A program made the position numbers and the translations under genes. From contig OX597817.1 in NCBI GenBank assembly GCA_951406725.2, positions 87,998,001 to 88,060,000 of the forward strand: a stretch of DNA of 62,000 nt, given 5' to 3'. Below the pieces are notes generated by a model that worked only from the letters and a program-made list of their open reading frames with translations, was not told the DNA's origin and searched no databases. This document shows positions 30,010 to 42,796 of the stretch, in pieces. Numbering within the stretch: position 1 is the first letter of the stretch; each line of letters starts with the position of its first letter. This DNA is from Octopus vulgaris (taxonomy: Eukaryota).

Positions 30010-33000
30010 GTTTAACGTCCGCTTTCCGCGCTAGCACGGGTTGGACGGTTCGACCGGGTCTGGGAAGCCAAGGGCCGCTCCAGGCTCCAGTCTGAATCTG
30101 GCAGAGTTTCTACGGCTGGATGCCCTTCCTAACGCCAACCACTCCGTGAGTGGATTGGGTGCTTTTTACGTGCCACCTGCACAGGGGCCGGAGGGTCCGG
30201 CATCGTCACGATCGGTTCGAGCATTTTAACGTGTCAGCGGCACGGGGGCAACGAGGTCCGGGGTACTTTGGGGATCGGGGTACTTTGGGGATCCAGGGTA
30301 CTTTGGGGATCCGGGGTACTTAGAATGGGTAGGGGGTATGTGGAATTGCTGCAGAAAGCAGCCCGGGTCTTTGTAGTCACAGCATATCTCCAGAGATCTC
30401 GGTCCTTCGCCATTGCCTCAGTGAGGCCCAATGCTCTGAGGTCATGCTTGACCACCTCATCCCATGTCTTCCTGGGTCTACCTCTCCCCCTGATACCTTC
30501 AACTGTTTGGGAGTGGCACTTCTTCACACATCTCTCTTCATCCATCCGCAGCACATGACCATACCATCACAAGCGTCGCTCTTGCACACCACATCTGATG
30601 CTTCTTATATCCAGTATTTCTCTCAGGATACTTACACTCTGTTTTGCGTGCACACTGACACTACACATCCAGCGGATCATGCTAGCTTCATTTCTTTCAA
30701 GTCTACGCATGTCTTCTGCAGTCACAGCCCATGTTTCATTACCGTGAAGCATGGCAGTTCGCACACATGCATCATACAATCTATCTTTTGCTCTGAGGGA
30801 GAGACCTTTTGTTGCCAGTAGGGGTAGGAGCTTTCTGAACTTTGCCCAGGCTATTCGTATTCTAGTGGTGATACTCTCTGTGCATCCACCTCCGCTACTA
30901 ACTTGGTCTCCCAGGTAGCGGAAACTATCAACTACTTCTAGTTTCTCTCCCTGGAGTGTGATGGAATCTGTTTTCTGAGTGTCTGTTGTGTCTATTGTCC
31001 CTGTGCATCTGCCGCACATGAAAGCTATCTTATCTGTTAATTTCCCTTTAATGTTGCTGCACCTCTTATGTGTCCATAACTTACATTGGGTGCATCTTAT
31101 GGAGTTTCTACCTGTACCTTTCCTACAGGTTGAGCAGGGCCACCTACCCGAGGGGATGTGTGCTGAGTACCTCTTGCTGCTTACTAATACTTTGGTCTTT
31201 GCTACATTTATTCTAAGGCCCTTTGATTCCAACCCTTGCTTCCACACCCGAAATTTCTCTTCTAGTTCCGGTAGTGATTCTGCTATGAGAGCTAGGTCAT
31301 CAGCATAGAGGAGCTCCCAGGGGCATCCCGTTTTGAATTCCTCTGTTATTGCCTGAAGGACTATGATGAATAAAAGGGGACTGAGGGCTGAGCCCTGGTG
31401 CACACCTACTTCTACCCGGAATTCTTTACTATATTCGTTGCCAATCCTAACCTTGCTGACAGCCTCTCTGTATAGAGCCTGTACAGCCCTTATTAGCCAT
31501 TCTTCAATCTCCAGTTTCCGCATCGACCACCAGATAAGGGAACGGGGAACCCTGTCAAAGGCTTTCTCCAAGTCTACAAAAGCTATGTAGAGGGGTTTAT
31601 CTTTAGCTAGGTACTTCTCCTGCAGTTGTCGGACCAGGAATATAGCATCAGTGGTGCTTCTACCTGGTACAAAACCGAACTGCATTTCATCTAAACAAAT
31701 TCTCTCCCTAATGAGATGGGTTATGACCTTCTCTGAGACCTTCATCACCTGGTCCAACAGTTTGATACCTCTGTAGTTATTTCTATCTAGAGCATCACCC
31801 TTACCCTTGTAGCAGTTGACTATGGTGCTGCTGCACCAGTCATTGGGTATGACTCCATTGTGAACTACCTGGTTTACAATGCGGATGACTATGGCATAGC
31901 CCACATAGCCAGCTGTTTTAAGCATCTCAGCAGTGATTCCTGATAGGCCAGGGGCTTTGCCTGGTTTCATATCCTTAATTGCCTTATCTACAAGGGAGCT
32001 GTCTATTCGGGTAGCTGGTCCCTCTACTGGGTCAACATTTGGCAGGCTCTCCTCCTCCCATTCATTCTCCTCATTCAGCAGTCTTTCATAATGGCTTCTC
32101 CAAGCCTCTTTCTTTTCACTAGTAGTAAAAGCAAGTGCCCCATCATCCATGCGGACACATTTCTCTCCTATAACATCGCTATTTTCTCTGACACACTGTC
32201 TGGCAATCCGAAATACTTCAGCTCTTTGATCCTCGCGACGCTGGACATTGGCAAACTTCTTCTTTTCTGCTACATCTTTGGCAATGTATACCTGCCGCCC
32301 AGCCTCCCTTTTGGCTATCTGGTACAGTTCCCTGCTGCCCCCATCCTTCCAGGCTTTCCAGGCCCGTCTCTTTTCACAGATGGCTTTATCTACTGCACTA
32401 TTCCACCACCACGTAATTCTAGGTCTGGAAGGGACTTTGCACCATCCACAGACTTGGTCTGTGGCACTCAACAAGCTGTCCCGTAGGAATTCCCAGCTAC
32501 CTTCTATGTCTGACGTCTGAAGCTCCTCCTCCCTCTCATCAAATTTCTTGATGAGTATGTCCCTAAATTTCTGACCATGCGAAGGGTTCTTTAGCCTCCA
32601 AATCCTTCTTTTCTGGATTGGTTTGTTTCTTGGAGTCCTTCTGGCCTCAAGCTTAAAGTCACTGATGATTAGTCTATGCTGAGGGATACATTCTTCACCC
32701 GGGAGGGTCTTTGTATTCAAGAGCAACCCTGCATCCCGTTGTCTGGTGAGGATGAAGTCTATTTGGCTAGCGGAGTCTCCTGACTGATAAGTTATAAGGT
32801 GGCAGACTGGCTTCTTGAAGTTAGTGTTGCAGATTGAAAGGTTACATGCATCACAGAATTCCAGCAGTCTAGTTCCCTCATCATTTCTGGTGCCAATACC
32901 ATAGCCACCATGTACCCCAGTGAAGATACCCGATTCCCGCCCAACATGCCCATTAAAATCTCCACCTACAAAGATGAGGTCCTTGTTACTAGTCTTTGAA

Positions 33001-36000
33001 GTAGCCTGCAGAAGGGTATCATAAAAGTTGTCCTTCTGATCATTTGGTAGTCCCGCTTGTGGGGCATAGGCTGAGATAATCATAGCTGTGCCACTCTGTA
33101 GGACCAACCTGAGCTTAAGCACTCTATCACAAACCCTGACAACCTCTATGACCTTATCCACCCATTCCTCCGCAAGGAGAATGCCTACACCCCCTACACC
33201 TTCCGCGTTACCTTGCCAGTAGAGTTTGTACCTAAGTGCCTTGCCCGTGAGGACCCTAGCCGAAGCATCTCTCCATCTTACCTCTTGTATGCAGCATACA
33301 TCAACCTGTCTTCTCTCTAGCATCTCTACAATCTCACTAGACTTGCCTGTCAATGTACCAACATTGATAGTGCCAACTCTGAAAACTGGGAAGGAGATGT
33401 GGGGGGGACGGGGGGATTCAGCGCCTGAGAAGAGGAGGGTTGTTGTGGTGGTGATAGTTTTCGTGGTATTTTTCTTTTGATCTCTCTTCCAACCTGACCA
33501 CGCCGTGGGCAGGAGCTGGTGTTAGCAGTGGACATTCGTTATCGTCACTGAGTAACATAATTAGGTAGAGGAAAGAAATACAGATATTCTAGAGTTGAGT
33601 TGGGAGGGGGGGTCCAGTTGAGGCGGGTAATATAGGGGAGCAACCAGTGGGGAAGGTTGGGGTAAGGAGGAACGATGGCAGGAAGGGTTGGTGTAGGTTC
33701 GTAAGAAATAAAAACGTAGGATATTACGAGGCGGGAGGGTACTAAAAGGGGATGGTCGGATTGAGGCAGTGTCAGGAGGAAGCGTAAGATCGGTGGGCAG
33801 TTGATGAGCTATGGCGCTAGCAGCTTGTCTTTTCACAGTGAAAGCATATGAGGAGAAGGGGTAGTGGGGGGAGGAGGAGGGAGTAGGGCGTATCCGGTGT
33901 AGATGAGTAGGGCGTATCCGGTGTAGATGGTGAGAACAGGGTATACTGGTATTGGTGGTGGGGGTGAGAACAGTGTTCACCGGTATTGGTGGTGGCGGTG
34001 AGAACAGTGTTCACCGGTATTGGTGGTGGGGGTGAGAACAGTGTTCACCGGTATTGGTGGTGGGGGTGAGAACAGTGTTCACCGGTATTGGTGGTGGGGG
34101 TGAGAACAGTGTTCATCGGTATAATGGGGGGGGGCGGGCGCACCGCCAATGGCGGAAAGATGGGAAAAGATGGGATTACGGCTTGAGGTAGCCTAAGGTT
34201 AAATTTCGTAGAGAGAGAGATAGGAAAGATAAATCAAGTTATGGCGAAGGCTTGAAAGTAGCCTAAAAGGTTAAATTTTCGTAGTGAGTGAGATGGGTAA
34301 GACGAATCAAGTTATCAATGTATGAATAAACGTAGTAACAACGAATAAAAATAGTAAGATAAATTTTTAAGAACTTGCTGCGGGCATCGACCGGGAGTTG
34401 AAATTGAAGAAGAAGAAAGTAAGTTGAATTGGGAATTTAAATTGCAGAATCGTAATGGTAATGGCGATTTTCAAGTTTTAGCATAAGAAGAAGAAGAGGA
34501 GGAAAGACCGCCAATGGCGGAAAGATGGGAAAAGATGGGATTACGGCTTGAGGTAGCCTAAGGTTAAATTTCGTAGAGAGAGAGATAGGAAAGATAAATC
34601 AAGTTATGGCGAAGGCTTGAAAGTAGCCTATTTATATATATTATTATCTTCTGCAATACAAGGCAAACTTATGAAATTCAAGGCAAACCGAATACAGAAA
34701 GCATCATTAATACTTCAGTATTGCATTTCATCTAAAATATATATGCTCAGATATTAAACAAATCTTGCTCCAATCATTAAAAGATTTGAAGAGGAAATGA
34801 TTTCTGAACCCAAGCAATGTTAGGGAGGGTTAAGGGGCAGACACTTACACCTTGTTACTAATAAAATCAATTCAAATTGGAATTTAGAAGTTCTCTTCAA
34901 AGTGACTGACACACTGAAGAGTGTCTTTAATGATGAAATGCCATTATTTTATGGTATTGCTTAAATCAGACAAAAAGTGATCAATATTTTATTTATTCCA
35001 CCAATTATTATTTGTAAATATGAAAAACGAAAATTAACAAACCAAAGTTTGATAGTTCTGCAAATAAATTCATACAAGATTTACCTTAAATTTTACAGTT
35101 AAGAATATATAAAGTTTTTTAAAAAATATCAAAATGTTTATCATATGTAATACTAATGACAACTTTAATTAGAATAATCTTAAAAGTATAGAGTAAATAA
35201 CAGAACTCCCAGCATCTTTCACCCTTTACCTTGATCACTTTCTCCCCTGCATTTTCAATGTTTCTTCTTCACATATAACTCACTGCATTTCTTTATCCAG
35301 CACTCATTGTCCATTTATTTACTTCATATTATATAATTACATTACAAGCAATCTCAATAAGAAACTGACAATTATATTCAATCCACATGAATGAAAGAGG
35401 AAAAAAAGATTTCCTATATGAATTCCCACTGAATATGAAGAACCACAGTAGTCTAAGCCAAAATAAAGGCAACCAGAGAGAAATATTTTGTCACTCATCA
35501 ATGCATTTATTTTTACCTTAAAAGAAGCATTGTTACTTACCAATTCAGGGCACTGGCAGACAAAAGCAGAAAAATTACATAATTTTTTATGTACTGAGAT
35601 CTTGAAAACATTATGAAAAAATTCACACCAAAGACCAGTATCTAAATATTTATGACTCCTACAGTAAGAGCTTCTTAGTATTCAAATTAGTCTGTAAATG
35701 CTTATTTATTCACATTGTTTTTAACTGATTGTGCATTATCTCATATCTACGAGAATTTGATGATGTAATTGTCTATTTTAAAATAACTCTGTAGGGTAGA
35801 CGTGAGAAACCAGATCTGGCCAGTTTGAACATAGAATATGTAGAATATTTTGGGGTGGATATGGCCAGTTTAAATACTGAAGGGTTAAAGATGCTATTAA
35901 TAGGAAAATTGTCTCCTTAAGATAACTATGGAAGTAAATAAAAGTGATTTTTGGATAGATGGAAGCAGAAATTTGAGAATTTTCAATCCACAGAAATTTT

Positions 36001-39000
36001 GGAATTTTTTAAAGAATGCTATCAATATTGAGAGGCACAGGAGTGGCTGTGAGTTAAGTGGCTTGCTTACCAACCACATGGTTCCGGGTTCAGTCCCACT
36101 GCGTGGCACCTTGGGCGAGTGCCTTCTACTATAGCCTTGGGCCGACCAAAGCCTTGTGAGTGAATTTGGTAGACGGAAACTGAAAGAAGCCCGTCGTATA
36201 TATGTATATATATGTATGTGTGTGCGTATATGTTTCTGTGTCTATGTTTGTCCCCCCAACATTGCTTGACAACCGATGCTGGTGTGTTTATGTCCCTGTA
36301 ACTTAGTGGTTCGGCAAAAGAGACCGATAGAATAAGTACTAGTCTTATGAAGAATAAGCCCTGGAGTTGATTTGCTCGACTAAAGGCGGTGCTCCAGCAT
36401 GGCCACAGTCAAATGATTAAAACACATAAAAGGATAAAAGAGCAATATAACTCAGTCCTCTTCAGCACTACACAGCAGGTTTGGTTTGGTTTGGTTTGGT
36501 TTGGTGTGGTGTGGTGTGGTTTGGTTTGGTTTGGTCTGGTTTAGTTGGTAGCACTTTTGAGGAAAACAGTTGAAACTGTTGTTGTTTAACCACAGATCAG
36601 TAAACTATGATCAAAAGCTTTCTAACCATGACAGTGCAGACTTTACATACATCTAGGACTACATTATAGTATTCAATGTGTTTATTGTTATAACACAGTT
36701 GTGGTATGATTTGAGAGAGAGAGTTAACTCTCTCAGTGTAGTAAATATGTAAAAACAAATGAAGTACAATGAACTCACTCTTGATTTTCTATCAAATATT
36801 GTCCCTGATTATAAAACATGGGCACGCAATGTCCAATGATATGTATAACAGCTTTGGTATAGTATAAGCTGTTCAGTTTGGAGAGTAAGGGGATTCCATG
36901 AGTAATGAACTCAGCAACACTGAAATCAAGAAAAGAAAATGATTTAACAATAAAAATATTTTTCATAAACAACAATATACATAAAAAAATAATTTCTAAT
37001 GGGTATTTCAGATTTAGTTTGTAAAATACTATTTTTCAATAAGAACGTAGAAAAAGAATCTTTCCAATGATGAATGATTCATCATCATCATCATCATCAT
37101 TATCATTTAACATCTGTTTTCCATGCTAGCATGGGTTGGATGGTTTGACTGAGGTCTGGAGAGCCAGTGGCTGCACCAGGCTCCAATCTGATCTGGCGAT
37201 GTTTCTACAGCTGGATGCCCTTCCTAACGCCAACCACTCCTAGAGTGTAATGGATGCTTTCTACCTGCCACCGGCACAGGAGCCAGTCGGGCAGACCTGG
37301 CATCAATCACGTTCAGATAGTGCTTTTTACGTGCCACCAGCATGGGAGGCGGGGGCTACAACAGAATATCACAAAAGTGATCCTTCTGTTCATTTTGTAG
37401 GCCCGCTTGTGGGGTGTAGGCAGAGATAATTGTAGCTATACAATTCTGCAAGACTAGCCTGAGTTTAAGTACTCTATCATACAACCTCACTACCTCTATG
37501 ACCTTATCCACCCATTTCTCTGCAAGAAGTATGCCCACACCAACTATTCCATCACTATTACCTTCCCAGAAGAGTTTATACCTATATGCTTTCTAATAAA
37601 TAAATTAATGATTTGAAAAGAAATAAGATTTGTAAAATGAGTCCTAATTACAACCCAAAATTCATTTCTTCATCAACTTCCACTTTTTGACCCAAATATG
37701 TTAGCTTTTTATCAGATAGTTCCTTCTTATGAACCTCTATTTCACCAGCATCATTTAATCTCTGATGATCATGATCAACATCATTGAATAATACCCATTT
37801 TTCCTTGCTTGCATGGGTCAGAGAGAACTTATTGAGACAGATTTTCTACAGCTTTTCCTCTCACCAACCCTCACCTGTTTTCAAGTAAGGTAATATTTCT
37901 CCAGGGCCACATGTTTATCACAGAAGACTGGAAACGAACAACATTTCTTGTATGACAGAAGGGAGAAGAGTTCAAACTACCAACACACTTTAACCAGTTC
38001 TTATAACTTCAAATTCAGGTTCGATAATATCAAATACATGTCAAGTTGCTTCTAAATATATAAGAAACTTATAAAGCCAATACTTACTCGTGTCCATATT
38101 TTGTCATGGTCATGGCAACGTACATTGCAATTGGGTTATCAACTTTTAATCCTTGTTGGACAGAAGCTAAAAATGTATCTTTTCTCAGTTCTGGAATATT
38201 ATCCATGTCCACTAAATTAGTGGAAGGCTCAAATGATGAAGGGCGTGGCAAGGTATCATTGTGGAGATGAAGCTTAAACACAAGTTCCCAAGCCCAGCTG
38301 CTGAACTGTTGTTCATTGGTTTGCTGCTGACGCACTACTAACGCCACCTGTGGTACACATGATAAAATTATGGTAATTATTTCAAATAAGTAGTTGCTAT
38401 ACATTATAACTATATTATTTTGAAAGAAATATTTATGATATTTTTTTACAAAGCAAAAAAACCTGCTTTCATGAAAAATTGAGGAGACTTTCAAAGAACC
38501 AATATAGGGAACCCTACCTGCTTAACACCTTCCATAAAGACTGAACCTAAGTGTTTGGATGTTATATAATTGTGATAAGCTTCAACTAATACACAAGCCA
38601 CATATTGATGGATCCAGAGAGGAAGAGCAAGATCTGTGTTCTGAAAAGAAAGCATATGAATAATTAATAGATATTGTTGAAAATAAAAAGCAGCTGATAA
38701 CAGTTTTAATTTTTCTCTGGTGGAGAAAAGGGAGAATTGGTTTGAATACCATAAATCCTCGAGTATAGTCCGCCCTTGAGTATAATACGCAGGGGATTTT
38801 TAGGCGGCTGTACCTCTGAAAAACCTAAACCTTGTGTATAATATGCACCACTTCTCTAACTTGAGTTGTGCGTAATTAAGCCAGCAGCACCTAGTCGAAC
38901 AAACACTTCCCCGCATGCATATTACAATAATGGGAATGTAAATATGTTTGCAAATTGTTTTTGTTACATGTTATTCTGTGTTCTGAATACTTTTATTTTA

Positions 39001-42000
39001 ATAAATGTTGCTTACTGCAAGTTATGGATGATTCTTTTATGATTTCATTGCTTTCAGGCTTAGCTTAAGGTATTTTTGTGCCCGACATCACAAAATGCGT
39101 CTGAATAAACATTGCCGAACAGCAAATAGAGACTCGAATATTGCTTAGAAAATATTTCTCATTTTTAACCTCGTATATAGTAAGCAATAGGGATTTTGAC
39201 CTTTAAATTTTGGGGAAAAAAGTGTGGATTATACTCGAGGATTTACGGTACTTGCATCAAATGAACAATTCTAAAGGTACAGAAAGCTCAGATGGTGGTG
39301 TTAAACTGGGCCCTAGATACCACATACTCAATTTCACTCATTAGGTTTGGACGAGCCAAAACTATGGTGGAAGTAACCTGCACGAAGTGCATGCAATGGT
39401 ACTGACCTACAAGCATGTGACTGTGTATCAAGCTAAATAACTACTCAGTCATGCATGTGGCCAAAATACATCAGTTTCTATTTTCTTTCTATTCACAAAT
39501 ATTTTTATATTGGTTTCAAACATTTGCACAAGGCCAGCAAGTTCAGCAAGAGAAGGTAAGTCAATTACATTGACCCCAGTGCTTAACTGGTACTTATTTT
39601 ATCGACCTTGAACGAATGAAAGACAAAACTGGCCCCGACACATTTGAGCACAAAGCATAAAAACAGACAAAATACTACTAAGCATTTTTGTCCAGGGCAA
39701 TAACAATTGTGCCAGCTCACTGCCTTCATAAATATTTTTATATTATCATTGTTGTTAAGGTGGCATGCTGGACAAAAGCTTAGCAGCATTTCTTCTGTGT
39801 TCAAATGCCACAGAGGTCAACTTCTCTCTCCCTTCAAATGTGCTGGCTTTGCACCAAAAGTTAGAAAGAATTATTATTATAATTGTTGCAAGATATTAAA
39901 GGAAATCCTACAGGATTGTCCAACAGCTCAATTTAACTTTTAAATCACCACTAAATACTTCCCTAGTCTCCAAAATAAGAACAACTTTCTCAATGATTTA
40001 ATATTCAGATGATCTTGTACACATTAGAGAAGAAGTGGACACATAGGTAGAATATCAATCAAATATTTCATATATTCTTAAAGTGAGTAGGTTTGTTTGC
40101 TTTTTTTTTAGTTTTTTTTTTTAGAGGGTATTAAAGGTTGATGCGTCTCATGTAACTAATTGGATTTTTTAAAAATTAAATTCATTTCAATCTAGATTGT
40201 TCAATAAAATATTTGAGAATAAAACAAAACAATAATTTTAAAATAAAATAAAAACAACAAAAATAATAATGCAAATTTTAGGAGAAAAATCGAATCAAAA
40301 ATATTTCATACCTCTTTATTAAGTCCCCAGTTCAGATTGGAAAGAATTGTTCGTCCCAGAAGGTGTTCTGTTGAACTAAGATCTGTACTCACTAACCAGG
40401 AGCGAAGAATAGCCAAATCTGCATTCTCCAACTGCCAGTCATACATGGGTAATTCTTTAAAAAGATATAGCGCCATCTGTCAAAAATAAAGAAAGAACTA
40501 TGTTTATGAATTACACACATAAGATTAGCACCTTTATTTTCCCTCCCTCCTTTCAATTCAGTCCAGTTTCTTAAAAACAATAAACAGTGACGATGATGTA
40601 TATATTCATTCTTAATACATTCTGATAGATTTAAACATGAATATGTTAATCACACCTACTCTTTTCAGATAATGTATGTTCAAGACAAGTCATTGAGGTA
40701 AGGGGACTTTGAGACACCGGAGGCTCTTGTTCATAGAATTCAGTAAAACAATTACCTGCTGATGCATTATCACTGAGCTGTTGAATCACCACTGCAATGT
40801 ACTAGGACAAACCAAGTTGATGAACACATCTTTCAGCACACTATGCTTATACAAGAGTACACAGTACTGCAAATTAAGACACTTGACAATTTTGCCTTAC
40901 TTCCTCTATTTAAAGCAGCTGATTCCCAACTCACAGTAACTATGGGCATATGAAAACTGTCTTGACATTGAATACACTGCTTCGCTGTAGACAAGACACG
41001 AACCACTGATCCTTTGGTTAGCAGTGCAGAACCCAATAAACTTAATTAACCAAAGCTCTCTCTAATCAGTAAAATGCACTGCCCTCTTACTATTCAGTCC
41101 TCCAGTGCAACATTTTGACCTGCTACAAAACAAATGCAATAAAAAGTATTGGTTCATCCCATAAATAATGCAGTTTTTTTTACACTTTTATTTTTCGAAA
41201 TTAAGATAAACTAAGTTCTTTTTTAATCTAAAATATACTCTTCTTCATTTTCTACCATGCTCTTCCATCTGTCCTCCAGTACTGTTCTGACCTCATCTAC
41301 AGAATTCATATTTTTTCCGTCCAAATGATTTTGAAGACTGCGGAATAAATGATAATCAGAAGGGGCAATGTCTGGCGAATATGGTGGGTGGGGCATCATT
41401 TCCCATTCAAACTGCTTCAGCCTTTGGAAAGTCATCCTCGCTGTATGTGACCAAGCATTATTCTAATGAAGGAACACCTTTCATCTTGAAACCAAAGATG
41501 TTCATTTATCTTCGAGTGCAGGTGTCGATAAATGGTTGAACAACCAAATCCAAGCTTCTCTGTTAGCTCTTCAGCAGTTACAATGGGAGTCTGTTCCACA
41601 GAGTTTACAGGACATCCTTGTCAAACTCTACAGATCTTCCAGGACAAAGCTTATCTTCTAGACTGTAGTTTCCAACTCTGAATTTCTGGAACCACAAATG
41701 ACACTGGCTCACACTTATTGTCTAATTCCCATATATTGCATTAATATTCCTTGCATTTTCTGTTCCATTGTTGCCATTATTGAACTCATAAAGCAAAATA
41801 TGCTGCATATGTTCCTTGTCACGTCCATTATAGCTTTGAAAAAAAAAACTGTTAAAATCAAACAGCAGTCTTCAAAATTGCACTAAGAATATGGAAAAGG
41901 TAAAATTACTACCTGCTTTTATAGTAAGTTGATGCAGGTAGTTTATCCCATCACCACCCAACTTTTAGCTCATGCAATTGAAAAAACCACATTATTTATG

Positions 42001-42752
42001 GAATGACCCAATACTAAGAGAAAATTTTTGATATATCAAAAGTTGGATAATGGTTTTTGTAAAGAATAACATGAATTTCAGTTGCTTCAAATTCTTTTGG
42101 AAAGGAAACCTTCACAAATGAAAACAGAGACATCAGGCTATTCTTTTATCTTTTATTTGTTTCATTCATTGGACTGCAGCCAAGCTGGGACACAACCTTG
42201 AAAGGTTTAGTTGCACAAATTGACTCCACTGTCTTATTGTTCTTAAGCTTGATACTTTTTTCTATTGGTAACTTTTGCCAAACTGCTAAGTTAGAGCAAT
42301 ATAAACAAACCAACACCAGTTGTTGAGTGTAGGTGGTGGACAAACAAAAATACACACACACATGTGGGGGAGAAGTGTTTTTGTGTGTGTGTGTAACAGA
42401 CGTCTTTTAGTTTCCATCTATCAAATCCACTCATGAGGCTTTGATCTGCCTAGGGCTGTAGTAGAAGACACTTGCCCAACATGGCATACAGTGGGACTGA
42501 ACCAAAGACCACATGGTAAGGAAACAAACTTCTTAACTACATAACCATGCCTGAAGCTTCTGTTAGAAAAATATATATAATCTAATCTTAGGCGCTGATG
42601 TGGTTGTGTAGTAAGAGACTTGCTTCACCACCACATTGCTCTTGGTTCAGTCCCACTGTGTGGAATCTTAGGCAAGTGTCTTCTACTATAGCCTCGGGAC
42701 AACCAAAGCCTTGTGAGTGGATTTGGTAGGCAAAAACTGAAAGAAGCCTGTC

Positions 42753-42796
<44 letters not shown>

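Larger units (their letters stand above)
29965..34630 (-). mobile_element. Near full-length RTE-clade non-LTR retrotransposon (LINE)
   Basis: About 4.67 kb: 5' monomer repeats, an APE endonuclease plus RT ORF, a 3' UTR and a (TGA)n tail, which reads (CAT)n on plus at 29965-30008. Confidence 0.95.

Noticed and set aside
30567-30569. Programmed readthrough or selenocysteine at the in-frame TGA of the RTE ORF
   Set aside because: The position is Arg in the usual RLRW motif, not Cys. A CpG transition explains it and no SECIS is evident.
33480-33530. HDV-like ribozyme trace in the RTE 5' region (cccacggcgtgg resembles the L3/P3 of RTE ribozymes)
   Set aside because: I could not find matching P1 and P2 partners by eye and P3 pairs poorly. 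A descriptor search on the family consensus would be needed.
33561-34014. 139-aa and 65-aa ORFs in the RTE 5' region, mirrored at 59950-60343, as a true ORF1
   Set aside because: They are low-complexity products of C-rich tandem repeats with GTG starts and no recognisable domain.
33948-34117. 34-bp direct repeats resembling a CRISPR array
   Set aside because: The units are contiguous with no unique spacers, lie inside a eukaryotic LINE 5' region, and there are no cas genes.
29950-34650. Target-site duplications around the long RTE and its derivative
   Set aside because: The flanks share only very short AT-rich matches, so no TSD can be claimed.
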